From Candidatus Daviesbacteria bacterium (GTDB lineage Bacteria; Patescibacteriota; Microgenomatia; Daviesbacterales; UBA10151), in the NCBI GenBank assembly GCA_016187025.1, contig JACPKM010000004.1, positions 35,212 to 99,211 on the forward strand: 64,000 bases of DNA, given 5' to 3'. Positions 1 to 9,400 of the stretch are shown here, piece after piece. The notes beneath the pieces are model-generated. The model saw nothing but the letters and a program-made list of their open reading frames with translations, was not told where the DNA came from and made no database searches. Numbering within the stretch: the first letter of the stretch is position 1; each line of letters begins with the position of its first letter. Position numbers and translations under genes: made by a program.

Positions 1-256
1 CAGAGAGTGTACTTTCAGTTGCCTCTTCTATTTCCTGAATACCAGAATATGCCGCACTAAAATCAAGGTCTTCAGAAAATCTTGGACTTTTATATAACAT
101 CCGGAGTGCAGTCCCACCCTTAAAATAAACTGTATTGGTTTGTGGTTGTTGGTAAAAATATGATAAAAAGAGGTTTTGAAAATATTCCCTCCATATATTG
201 ACCTCATTAGTTTGGTATTTGTTTACAAGTTTAGTTAACTCTTCTTGAACAATCAT
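1..256 (-). CDS. AbiEii-like nucleotidyltransferase toxin (DUF1814), 5' part only; continues beyond window start
   Basis: Manual translation of minus strand from ATG at 256-254 gives MIVQEELTKLVNKYQTNEVNIWREYF...VYFKGGTALRMLYKSPRFSEDLDFSAAYSGIQEIEE. GGTAL and RFSEDLDF are hallmark motifs of the AbiEii/DUF1814 nucleotidyltransferase family. The start overlaps the stop of the upstream AbiEi-like gene. Confidence 0.6.
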   Translation of the reverse strand, partial: MIVQEELTKLVNKYQTNEVNIWREYFQNLFLSYFYQQPQTNTVYFKGGTALRMLYKSPRFSEDLDFSAAYSGIQEIEEATESTLS

Positions 257-876
257 ACTATCCTCTCTTTTCGGGGTGAGCTAAATAAATTTTCTATTTT
301 CTCACTAAGACTTTTTCTATCATACAGTTTTGCATACCTCAAGGCTTTTTCTTTACTAAGAGAGGCGATATTGAGCCTATCTAGTGATGGTCCTCTCCCG
401 AGCGTTGCAAAATAAACATAGTCCACTAATGCTTTCTCGGGATCAGCTACCAGGAAGCTCTTGTCTCCTTCTTGTTTAAATAAGTAGCCAGTAAATGCCT
501 TTTCTTTAATGCTGTAGTAAGAAAAAGTTTGGTTAGTTGCAGTAAACACCCTTGTTGGTTTTGTAGTAGCAGAGGTAATTTGATATGGCATCTCGGGGAG
601 GATATTGTAATATGCGAGAGCATAAGCAAAAGAAATATATGAGGGTTTATACAGTCTATTGGCTATTTCCCTTTCGTTTGGTGGGTTTGTTCTGAGAGTA
701 TATAATCCTTGTTTTAATCTTAAGAATAAACCCTCTTGCACTTGGGTTTCCAAGAAGTATTTAATACTGTGCGGTGGAGCTTGGAAAATTCTGCTAAATT
801 CAAGTGGCGTAAACATCCGTATCCCTCTTCGCAACAATTCTTCTCTAACTAATAATGGTTTCTGTAAAGTATACAT
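253..876 (-). CDS. AbiEi-like antitoxin / wHTH transcriptional regulator (type IV TA partner)
   Basis: 207-aa ORF immediately upstream of, and overlapping by 4 nt, the AbiEii-like gene. Size and position fit AbiEi. No catalytic motifs. Confidence 0.45.
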   Translation of the reverse strand: MYTLQKPLLVREELLRRGIRMFTPLEFSRIFQAPPHSIKYFLETQVQEGLFLRLKQGLYTLRTNPPNEREIANRLYKPSYISFAYALAYYNILPEMPYQITSATTKPTRVFTATNQTFSYYSIKEKAFTGYLFKQEGDKSFLVADPEKALVDYVYFATLGRGPSLDRLNIASLSKEKALRYAKLYDRKSLSEKIENLFSSPRKERIV

Positions 877-967
877 TTTTATCCTTTTCTGAAATGATTA
901 TACCATATATGAATAATCTTTGTCGAGACCTTGACAAAGTCATCTGATATATGCCAATAATAAATTA

Positions 968-1219
968 ATGCCTAAAATATCACAAAATGGTATTATTCAT
1001 ATAAGTTCCCTTTTACCAATTGTAATTCTTCTCCTGGGTCTTGCTGCAGCTTTATACCTTATTGCAAATCCGGCAGTTTTTAGTCCCAAGGCAGATTATA
1101 AATCAGACCCTTCGCAGGCAGTTTCTATTAATGGCAAAAAATGCCAAAACAGTAGCTGTGAGGTTGAAGCAACAGATGTTGAGTTGATAATTGATGTAAA
1201 TGGTTTGAATTCGCAGTAA
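968..1219 (+). CDS. small membrane-anchored/secreted protein, unknown function
   Basis: 83 aa with an N-terminal hydrophobic helix (LLPIVILLLGLAAALYLIA) and a Cys pair. It lies 4 nt upstream of the Cys-rich protein gene, so it is likely co-transcribed. Confidence 0.3.
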   Translation: MPKISQNGIIHISSLLPIVILLLGLAAALYLIANPAVFSPKADYKSDPSQAVSINGKKCQNSSCEVEATDVELIIDVNGLNSQ

Positions 1220-1223
1220 ATTT

Positions 1224-3158
1224 ATGAAAAAAGGGCTTTTATCTTTAGCTTTCTTTCTTGCATTAGGGTTATTTTTATTTCCTGTTAATGTGCAGGTTGT
1301 TGAAGCTGCAGAAGAATGTCCTCCAGCTTGGGGAAAGCCTTACCCTTGGTGGGAAGAAGGATGTTACGAACAAGGCAAAGGTATTTTTGGTCAATGCCAG
1401 ATGCCACTCCTTACTTTCGATCTTGACCCTCTCGCTAAGCGATTTCCGGCAAGTGCATGTGGTAGAGACGAAAAAAGCGTCCCAGTTACTCCTAGCCAAC
1501 CATCCAAACCTAATGAGATTTTAAATCTTAATGCTATGCAGATTTCTACAGCTATAAGGGATTTGTGTGGTGAGGATAAGGAAAAATGTAGAGATGAAGT
1601 AAAATCTTGTGTAAGCGGACTAAAGGAGGACATTACTAAAAGCACAATTGAATCTTGTTTCAAGGTATACACAGTGAAAGCTGAGCAAGAAAGAACCTCT
1701 GTGCAACCTCTACCCGAAGTAAGACAAGCCTCTGAAGGGAATAGTGTAATAACTGGTAACTACGATTGTGAGAAAGCAACAGATAATAATGCTTTTTGTA
1801 GTAATAAATATGGTAATGGGTCTTTGTGTATCCCTGCTGGCAGAAAAACTGATGATGGTTGCACTGCTCCAAGTCAGACATCGCAATCAACAGAAAGAAC
1901 AGACACTAGAGAAGTTTCACCACCCCAGGTAGCTCCCAGGGCTGCTGTTTCTCCCACTGAAGAAGAAGGGCCTGGATGTGACGGGGTAGATTCTGTTTGG
2001 GGTATTTGGGAAAAGGGGGATGATGGTACTTTCAGTAAATTAAAACAAGTCAAATCAAGGTCTACAAATGATCCTCAGTGCGGATTCAAACTTTCCCAGG
2101 CACAACAAGATGAAATAGCTGTTCTAGAAAAAGACAGGCAGCAAGCCCAGCAGCAGGCCGAAAAACCAAAAATAAAAGAGGTCAAGGTAAATGGTAACCA
2201 GGTTGATATAAAAAATACTAAGGTTAAGCTTAATCTTTTGGATCTATGTAAAAAGTTAGATTCCAGCTGTACAGAAAAAACACTGAAACCAGTTACACTT
2301 GATATTGAATTAAAATTTACTGATGGCTCAACCAAAAGAATTGCTTTAATCCTTAAGCCTGCCGGGTCTTTAGGTAAGAAGGATGAGGCTAAGGGTTTGA
2401 TTCAAATTGGCCAAAGTGGTTGTACCCAAGATTCTCAATGCCAAATTCCTTCAGGAGATAGTAGGGGTTATTGTTGTACAGGTAGTAGCTGTGGAGACAA
2501 AAAAGGAAAATGTACAACTAAAGACGGAAGTTTAACCTCTTCCTCCTCAAACAGCGGTAGTTCAGCCCCTTCCAGTAACAAAGGGTCTGGAGAGTCCTGC
2601 AAAAGCAACAAGGAATGCCGTGATGGTTTGATTTGTATTGGGGAGAATGATTCGAGAGATTTCGGCTTGCCTAAAGATAAGTGTTACCCAAACCCTAAAA
2701 CTAGCAGTAAGCTGCCGGATGGGGCAGATTGCGTGTCAAATGCCCAATGTGTATCAGGTGATTGCAGGACAGGAGGTACATGTGATACTCCGGGGGGATG
2801 CAAGGGTAAATGTATAGGAGGGGGAAAACCCGGGGAGTTTTGCAGGCATGATTCGGAGTGCCCTTCAGGGTATTTCTGTCCCGGGAATAATGAGGCTGCG
2901 AAGTTAAATATCCAAAACGACAGATGCACCCCCTTATCTGTCAGAGGTTCCGGAGGAGGCAGTACGTCAGGAGGAAATTCCGGAGGTAGCAGCTCTTCAT
3001 CTTCAAACAGTTGTGGAACAACTCAAAGGCAGCCTTCCGGAAGTAAATGCTTGGGTGAATCATGCTCACAGGACTCTGAATGTAAAACAGGATACTGTTG
3101 TACTGGATCCAGCTGCACCAATAGAGGAAAGTGTACCAATGCAAATGGTAGTATATAA
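1224..3158 (+). CDS. secreted cysteine-rich modular protein
   Basis: Signal-peptide-like N-terminus (LLSLAFFLALGLFLFPVNVQVVEA). Several small Cys-rich modules (CKSNKECRDGLICIG, CVSNAQCVSGDCRTGGTCD, CRHDSECPSGYFCPG) and a twice-repeated GYCCTGSSC..GKCT module at ~2461-2520 and ~3090-3150, separated by Ser/Gly-rich linkers. Confidence 0.6.
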   Translation: MKKGLLSLAFFLALGLFLFPVNVQVVEAAEECPPAWGKPYPWWEEGCYEQGKGIFGQCQMPLLTFDLDPLAKRFPASACGRDEKSVPVTPSQPSKPNEILNLNAMQISTAIRDLCGEDKEKCRDEVKSCVSGLKEDITKSTIESCFKVYTVKAEQERTSVQPLPEVRQASEGNSVITGNYDCEKATDNNAFCSNKYGNGSLCIPAGRKTDDGCTAPSQTSQSTERTDTREVSPPQVAPRAAVSPTEEEGPGCDGVDSVWGIWEKGDDGTFSKLKQVKSRSTNDPQCGFKLSQAQQDEIAVLEKDRQQAQQQAEKPKIKEVKVNGNQVDIKNTKVKLNLLDLCKKLDSSCTEKTLKPVTLDIELKFTDGSTKRIALILKPAGSLGKKDEAKGLIQIGQSGCTQDSQCQIPSGDSRGYCCTGSSCGDKKGKCTTKDGSLTSSSSNSGSSAPSSNKGSGESCKSNKECRDGLICIGENDSRDFGLPKDKCYPNPKTSSKLPDGADCVSNAQCVSGDCRTGGTCDTPGGCKGKCIGGGKPGEFCRHDSECPSGYFCPGNNEAAKLNIQNDRCTPLSVRGSGGGSTSGGNSGGSSSSSSNSCGTTQRQPSGSKCLGESCSQDSECKTGYCCTGSSCTNRGKCTNANGSI

Positions 3159-3169
3159 CTGCTGGTAAC

Positions 3170-3210
3170 GAAAAAACCGTCACTCTTTTTAGGAAATGGC
3201 GGTTTTAATT
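3170..3210. terminator. bidirectional Rho-independent terminator between convergent genes
   Basis: Stem accgtca (3176-3182) pairs with tggcggt (3197-3203): 7 bp including one G-U. An A-run lies 5' and TTTAATT 3' on the plus strand. The reverse complement gives a hairpin followed by UUUUUUCG for rplL. Confidence 0.5.
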
Positions 3211-3226
3211 GGTTTAATTACCAAAC

Positions 3227-3679
3227 TTACTGCAACTCTACAGTTGCACCTGCGGCTGTTAATTTGGTCTTTGCTTCTTCAGCGGTAGCCTTGTTTACTG
3301 ACTCCAAAACCGGTTTTGGAGCAGCCTCTACCAAATCTTTAGCTTCTTTCAAGCCTAAAGTTGGTACAAGTTCTCTCACTGCTTTAATCACTGCAATTTT
3401 ATTGGCGCCTGCGCCCGATAAAATAACATTAAAAGAAGTTTTTTCCTCAACTGGTTCACCTGCTGCAGTACCATTTGAAGGAGCTGCTACAGCGACTGCT
3501 GCTGATGCAGAAACACCAAACTTATCTTCTAATGCATGAACCAAATCAGCTAACTCCAATACAGAGAGTTTTTCGATTGACTCCATGATTTTTTCTAAGT
3601 TAGCAGAAATCTGTTTACCAGCTTTCTTTTCTTCAGCTGGTGACTCTTCGGCTTGTTGGTTTTGTGTATCGTCTGCCAT
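3227..3679 (-). CDS. rplL: 50S ribosomal protein L7/L12
   Basis: Classic L7/L12 sequence ([21 protein letters not shown]...[31 protein letters not shown]...) with a ~25-aa acidic N-terminal extension. Confidence 0.95.
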   Translation of the reverse strand: MADDTQNQQAEESPAEEKKAGKQISANLEKIMESIEKLSVLELADLVHALEDKFGVSASAAVAVAAPSNGTAAGEPVEEKTSFNVILSGAGANKIAVIKAVRELVPTLGLKEAKDLVEAAPKPVLESVNKATAEEAKTKLTAAGATVELQ

Positions 3680-3758
3680 TTGGTTGGGTTGTAGGTTTTA
3701 GGTGGTAGGTGGTAGTTTTCTTATAATTACTACAACCTACTCACTACACACTACAATC

Positions 3759-4322
3759 TTACTGTTCACCTCCCTTCTTCTTTTGAATTTCTGATAACGC
3801 ATATACTAAATTACGTAAATTACCTTGTAAAACTCCGACAATTCCTTTTAATGGAGCAGCTAAAACACCCACCACCTGCCCTCTTAACTCGTTTTTTCCG
3901 GGTAAGCTGGACAGTTGGGTAACTTTGCTTGCAGATAGGGCATCACTACCTAAAAAGCCACCTAAAACCTTGCCAAGCTCGTTATCTTTGAATGTTTTGA
4001 CCAAAATTTTTATAGGAGTAATTTCATCATCATATGCAAACAGGGTGGCGGTAGGGCCGTCTAAGAGGGAATTTTCAACGCTTCGATCTTTCGAAAGGGA
4101 AGCTCCGCTTATTTTCAATTTACAATTTTCAATTGATCTCTGAAGAAGCGTATTCTTAGTAATATTAAACTCGGCATTTTGTTCACGCAGCTTATTCCTT
4201 AGATCAGACAGCTGTTTCATAGTCATGCCTTTGTAATCGGCAAAAACCAAGGCTTTAGCCCTTGTTAGCTTTTCTTGTAATTTTGTAACTGATTCGATCT
4301 TTTGTGCTCGTGTTTTTGGCAT
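3759..4322 (-). CDS. rplJ: 50S ribosomal protein L10
   Basis: L10 family similarity across the full length. It sits upstream of rplL in the conserved order. Confidence 0.93.
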   Translation of the reverse strand: MPKTRAQKIESVTKLQEKLTRAKALVFADYKGMTMKQLSDLRNKLREQNAEFNITKNTLLQRSIENCKLKISGASLSKDRSVENSLLDGPTATLFAYDDEITPIKILVKTFKDNELGKVLGGFLGSDALSASKVTQLSSLPGKNELRGQVVGVLAAPLKGIVGVLQGNLRNLVYALSEIQKKKGGEQ

Positions 4323-4372
4323 TTTTTGCTTCGGTAGGATTTAGTTGGGCACCTACTGTCTTAAGCTAAAAT

Positions 4373-4401
4373 ATTCTACCTTACGTTTGTTTGCTTGTCA
4401 A
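4373..4401 (-). promoter_or_regulatory. sigma70-like promoter for rplJ-rplL
   Basis: On the minus strand TTGACA (4401-4396), a 17-nt spacer, then TAGAAT (4378-4373), about 50 nt upstream of the rplJ ATG. Confidence 0.45.
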
Positions 4402-4402
4402 T

Positions 4403-5302
4403 CTATTTTGGTACCCAGATCCAATAACCTGACTGGTTTGAAGGATGAATCGAAGGTGGGTTATTAGGGCCTCCAATGGCTTTAGTATCTGGTACCAAAT
4501 ATGCAGATGAGGATGATTCTTGTCTGGGGGTAGAGCTCCAGACTCCGGTTGCTCCAACTGCTCCTTGGTTTTTTAGGATGATTGAAAGATCCATGTTGTT
4601 TATCACGCCGTCCTTGTTTAAATCTATATTATCATTCCAACTGGTAGAGGAGGGTGTTGTTCCAAAAGCAGATTTCGCAATATCTGAATCTGCAGTATTT
4701 ATCATATTGTCTTCATTTAAATCTCCACTTAACAGATTCACAACATCTCCGTTATTTAGATTTGTTTTGGTAGGTGACATTAAGAAAGCTGATGCTGTAG
4801 CAATTTGAGCAGGCCCTTTAATAATTGCTGTATAGGTATTGTTTGGGGTAAGTCCAGCCAGGGAGATATTGTCAAATTCACCAGATGTCGGTAGGTCAAT
4901 GGTAAAGCTTAATAGATACTTAGGGCTGGTATTTACTGCGCCCTCTATTATTCCTACAAACATCTTTGCATTTTGCTTATCCCCTGGCCTTCCTTGTAAA
5001 CTCAATTTAATACTTAAAGTAGGTCCAAATGATACAGAAAGTGTAGGCGGGTCTGATGATTGGGGAGTGGGAGAAGCCTCAGTGGTATCCTGTTCTGAAA
5101 GAAGTTTTAGTTCATCAATTGGTGATAGCTTCTCCTCAGGTATGGCAGAAGGGGTACTGATGGTAAAAGTCTTTTTAACAGCTTGAGAGGCTGATGATTT
5201 AATTGTTTGGTTTTGTGAGGCAAGATATGCTCCCACAGGAATAGAAAGCACTAAAAAAATATACACTCCTAAAATAACCCTGATCTTAGTAGAGGAGAAC
5301 AT
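4403..5302 (-). CDS. secreted protein with a type-I dockerin-like double Ca-binding repeat
   Basis: N-terminal signal/TM (ILGVYIFLVLSIPVGAYLA). The paired segments DLNEDNMINTADSDIAKSAFG and DLNKDGVINNMDLSIILKNQG (approx. nt 4570-4735) match the dockerin D.N.DG.IN..D pattern. Confidence 0.6.
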   Translation of the reverse strand: MFSSTKIRVILGVYIFLVLSIPVGAYLASQNQTIKSSASQAVKKTFTISTPSAIPEEKLSPIDELKLLSEQDTTEASPTPQSSDPPTLSVSFGPTLSIKLSLQGRPGDKQNAKMFVGIIEGAVNTSPKYLLSFTIDLPTSGEFDNISLAGLTPNNTYTAIIKGPAQIATASAFLMSPTKTNLNNGDVVNLLSGDLNEDNMINTADSDIAKSAFGTTPSSTSWNDNIDLNKDGVINNMDLSIILKNQGAVGATGVWSSTPRQESSSSAYLVPDTKAIGGPNNPPSIHPSNQSGYWIWVPK

Positions 5303-5429
5303 ACCTTAATCATACAATTTACAATTCACAATTTTCAATTTACGTTTTTGTTTACAAAAAGGAAAGCTATGCTTACGTTTTAATCCGTTGATTAAAAGGA
5401 ATGCTTTGCATACAATCTAAATTAGATAA

Positions 5430-6431
5430 ATGAATAAAAGCTCTATCTTAAAAATACTAATTAATACTGTAATAGGCGTTGTCTTAATCCTAATTTGGCT
5501 TCAGTTTGTTGATATCAATCAAATTATAGGCGCTATTTTAAAAGCCAATTTTGTTTTGCTTTTGCCTGCATTTTTATTTATGTTTTTGTCTTTGTTTGTC
5601 AGGTCAGTCCGTTTAAAGATATTTTTGGCACCAGTAAAGAAAGTGAGTTTAAAAGATTTAACTTTATTAAATGGGGTAGGAATTATGCTGAATTTTTTAA
5701 TCCCTATCAGGGCAGGGGAGGTGGCAAAGGGGCTGTATCTTAACACTCAATATGGCCTGCCTTTGGGAAAATCAATTATTTGGATATTTTTAGATAGGTT
5801 CATAGATTTTATGATGGTTTTGGTAATGGCCTCAGTTTTACTATTTGTTGTTCCTACTAAACTGAATGAAACATTTACTCTGACACTTACTGTCATTGCT
5901 TTAGGAGTAATAATGATAACTTATTTGATGATCTATCAAGTAGATTTTACTAAAAAATTAATCAAATTTTTGAAGCCTTTACTAATAATAAATATTATAA
6001 AGATATACTTTGATAGGTTTACTAACTTCTTTCTGGATACTTTTTCCATCTTAAAAAGATCTCCGCTGGATATAACAAAATTTGCCTTTTTATCCTTTTT
6101 ATCCTACATAGCTGATGCTCTTATTTGGTATTTTACTTTTTTGTCTTTGGGATATCCCCAGCAGTTTCCAAAGATGTTTTTAGGACAGGTTTTATCTGCT
6201 TTGACATACTTAGTACCTGCTGCCCCTGGATACGTTGGGTCAGCTGAGGCCTCAGGATCTTTAATTTTATCAGGGGTTTTTGATGTACCAGTAAATATTG
6301 CCTCAGCCATGGTAGTTTTATTTCATATGGCCTCAGCCATCTATATAATTTTGTTTGGTATAATCTCACTTTACGGGATAAAAATTGACCTGAGTTTAAT
6401 CTTCAACAAAGCCCTTAAGAGGGAAAAATAA
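5430..6431 (+). CDS. integral membrane protein, lysylphosphatidylglycerol-synthase TM-region / flippase-like (UPF0104) family
   Basis: 333 aa, about 8 TM helices. N-terminal pattern ILKILINTVIGVVLILIWLQFVDINQI...RSVRLKIFL is typical of the UPF0104/flippase-like family. Confidence 0.6.
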   Translation: MNKSSILKILINTVIGVVLILIWLQFVDINQIIGAILKANFVLLLPAFLFMFLSLFVRSVRLKIFLAPVKKVSLKDLTLLNGVGIMLNFLIPIRAGEVAKGLYLNTQYGLPLGKSIIWIFLDRFIDFMMVLVMASVLLFVVPTKLNETFTLTLTVIALGVIMITYLMIYQVDFTKKLIKFLKPLLIINIIKIYFDRFTNFFLDTFSILKRSPLDITKFAFLSFLSYIADALIWYFTFLSLGYPQQFPKMFLGQVLSALTYLVPAAPGYVGSAEASGSLILSGVFDVPVNIASAMVVLFHMASAIYIILFGIISLYGIKIDLSLIFNKALKREK

Positions 6432-6477
6432 CCGGTATTGACATCTTTTCATATTCCTTGGTACGTTTAATATAATA

Positions 6478-9400
6478 ATGAATTTTCTTACTGCCTTCAG
6501 GAAGAGGGTTTTTTCTTTTTTCCTGAACCACCGCTTAAGTTTAAGTAAACCTCAGCAAATTGTTTTGATTGCTACAACTGGTTTGTTAATGACATCAGCC
6601 GCAGCATTGGGAGTAAGGGAAATGCTGATTCAATCTCAAACCAGCTTAAAAGCTCAACCAGAATCAAAAGATGTTCTAGCAGCTACCTCAGAAAGATTAA
6701 GGCTTACTGGAAATATCTCATTTAATCTACCAGCCTCATTTAATGATCTGATTAAGCTAAAATCAGGCCAGGTGGTAGAAGGGGTATCGGTGTTTAAGGG
6801 GGCTGTCAAATTCGAAGGGGATGTGCAATCTCTAGAGATTGAAAATGGTACTATCACCGCCTCAACCATCACTGCCTCAAACTTAGTTTACTCTCTTACA
6901 GCTGGGGATGGAATTTCTGTGACTACCGGACAAAGTCCGACTGTCAAAAATACCGGAGTGTTATCTTTGCAATCTAAAACAGGGGCATTAAAGCTTGAAG
7001 AAGGTACGGATATCACAATTGACGGACTTAAGATTACTGATAAATCCACATTATCAACTGTTTATTCAAGAGGAGGGTGTTCCTCATGCATCACAGATGC
7101 AGATGTGGCAGCAGGACTGACTATCTCAGGAGGAACAGTTGATAACTCTCCGATTGGAGCAACTACTGCCTCAACCGGTGCCTTTACTACTTTAACTGCC
7201 TCATCAACCCTTGCTGTGACAGGTAATTTATCAGCTGCAGCACAGGTGTTAGGTAAAAATGGTTCAGCGTCCTCACCCTCATATTCTTTTACCAATGACA
7301 CGGATACCGGTATCTATAGATTCGGAGCCAATTCTTTGGGCATCATTACCGGTGGCTCTGCCACATCCGGTTTAACCATTGATTCATCAGGTAATGTAGG
7401 TATTGGCACCACCTCACCATCTTCTGGTCTAGATGTGGTAGGCAGTGCCAATATTTCAGGTTCTTTAACAGTTTTGGGCAATTTAATAGCTGCCTCTTCC
7501 GGTACCTCAGGTTATTGGCAGAGATCAGGCACAACTATCTCACCATCAACCTCAGGTGATGCCATCACCACATCAGGTAATATTTCTACGTCTGGCTCCG
7601 GTACTATTACATCAAATTCCCTGCTTACTGCATCAAATGGACTCACTTTAACCACTGGGGCTTTAAATTTAACCTCAACTTCTGGTCAGGCAAATCTTGC
7701 TTTAACTGGTAATACAAATGCCTTTAGTATTAATGGATTATTTGGGGTAGATACCACTAGCAATAGAGTTGGCATTGGTACTACTGCTCCAACTACGGCA
7801 TTACAAGTTTTAGGAGGTAATGTTGGCATTGGTACATCCGGAGCAGGAGCTGCATTACAGGTTAATGGGGGAGGATTATTTGGCTGGGGAACAGCCTCTT
7901 CTGCCTTGTCCTCAGGAGCTATCCTGGGAGTAAATGGTAATGTGGGGGTTGGTACCACTTCCCCCATTGGAGCCCTGCATGTTGTAGGACAGTGTGTGGC
8001 TCGGGGGACAAGAATTAGGAAAAGGCGTAAAGGGTCAAGGGGTAAGGGTGAAGATGAATGGGAAGATGTGCCTGTGGAAGATATCAAACCTGATGATGAA
8101 GTATTATCCTTAAATGATACTACTGGTGAATGGGAATGGCATAAAGTAGAAAAAACCTTAAATAAAGGAATCCAGGAAACAATTAAGATTGTTACCCAGT
8201 CAGGCAAATGGATTGAAACCACTGATGAACACCCTTACTTAACTATTGAAAAAGATATCAAACCACTACCTGAATCTGGGAAATTTGAGGTAGATCTTTC
8301 CACCAGAATGGAAAAGAATGCTGATACCTTTGTAGCTATAGCCAACAACAAAGCTGCAGCAGTCATTAAAGTTAGTGTCAAAGATAAACAAAGCTTGAAA
8401 AAACTCTTTGCTAAATCCCCCAGACTGTTTGCTCCCACCCTTTATGCCCTTTGTATTATAGAGATTATTAAAAAGGGTAAGATCAGTCCATCACAACTAA
8501 AGATTGATACTGACTATCTGGGTTACGAAAGAAGAATTGAAAAATTAATTCATAATTTCTATCCGGAGATTGTCATCACTTTTGCGGAAGTTGGTCACGG
8601 AATAGGCTCATATGCGGACAGGGCTGTCTATCAGGCTTTTAGCCAAAAGAAAAAGACCGGGGCCGGCTTGAATCTCTATGGATTCCCGACTGCAGAATGG
8701 TTACACCATGACTGGTTACACGGATCCGCCACCCACACGGTCTTAACAAGCAAAGCCTATCACAAATTTACTGATTTGTCAATGGCCAGCGCTGTCTGGA
8801 AAAAGGTTAAACACCTAAAACCGGGAGATGTGATCGCCACCTCTGCCGGTTGGGAAAAAGTCCAAAATATATACTCTACCGGCAGAAAACAAACCTATGA
8901 CTTACAGATTGAAGGCACACATAACTTTGTAGGCAATGATATTGTTGCCCATAATACATATATTTCCGGTAATTTAGGGATAGGAGTGTCTTCTCCTACC
9001 AGTTTTGCCCTGCAGGTAGCAGGTAATATTGGTCCAAATGTTGATAATTCCTATGATTTAGGCTCAACATCAAATAGATGGAGAACTTTGCATGTAGGTC
9101 CGGGATCAGTGGTTGTCCACAATGATGCAGCAGATACACTTAAGGCTACTTTAGGTTTTACCGGATCAACAGCCCAGCTTATTACAGACTCATCCTCCCC
9201 CTTACAGCTTGTTACCGGTACAAACAACTTAGGATTATATCTAAATACCTCAGGCAATGTGGGTATTGGCAAGACCAATCCAAATTCTGCTTTAAATGTA
9301 ATCGGTAATGTTGGCATTGGTACATCCGGAGCAGGAGCAGCCTTACAGGTAAATGGTGGGGTAGTATTAGGCTGGGGGACTGCATCTGTTGCAGCACCAA

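Noticed and set aside
3264-3539. ORF antisense to rplL
   Set aside because: It lies entirely within a highly conserved ribosomal protein gene, is Ala-rich low complexity, and is spurious.
3690-3760. Imperfect palindrome (GGTAGGTGGTAG ... CTACAACCTACTCAC) between rplJ and rplL
   Set aside because: Pairing is good only on the non-transcribed plus strand, where it relies on G-U pairs that become C-A mismatches on the real minus-strand transcript. It is probably ordinary intergenic structure and not a distinct element.
6438-6476. TTGACA ... TATAAT upstream of the giant gene as its promoter
   Set aside because: The spacer is 27 nt, and the TATAAT ends 2 nt before the ATG. An alternative weak -10 (TACGTT, 18-nt spacer) is possible but unconvincing.
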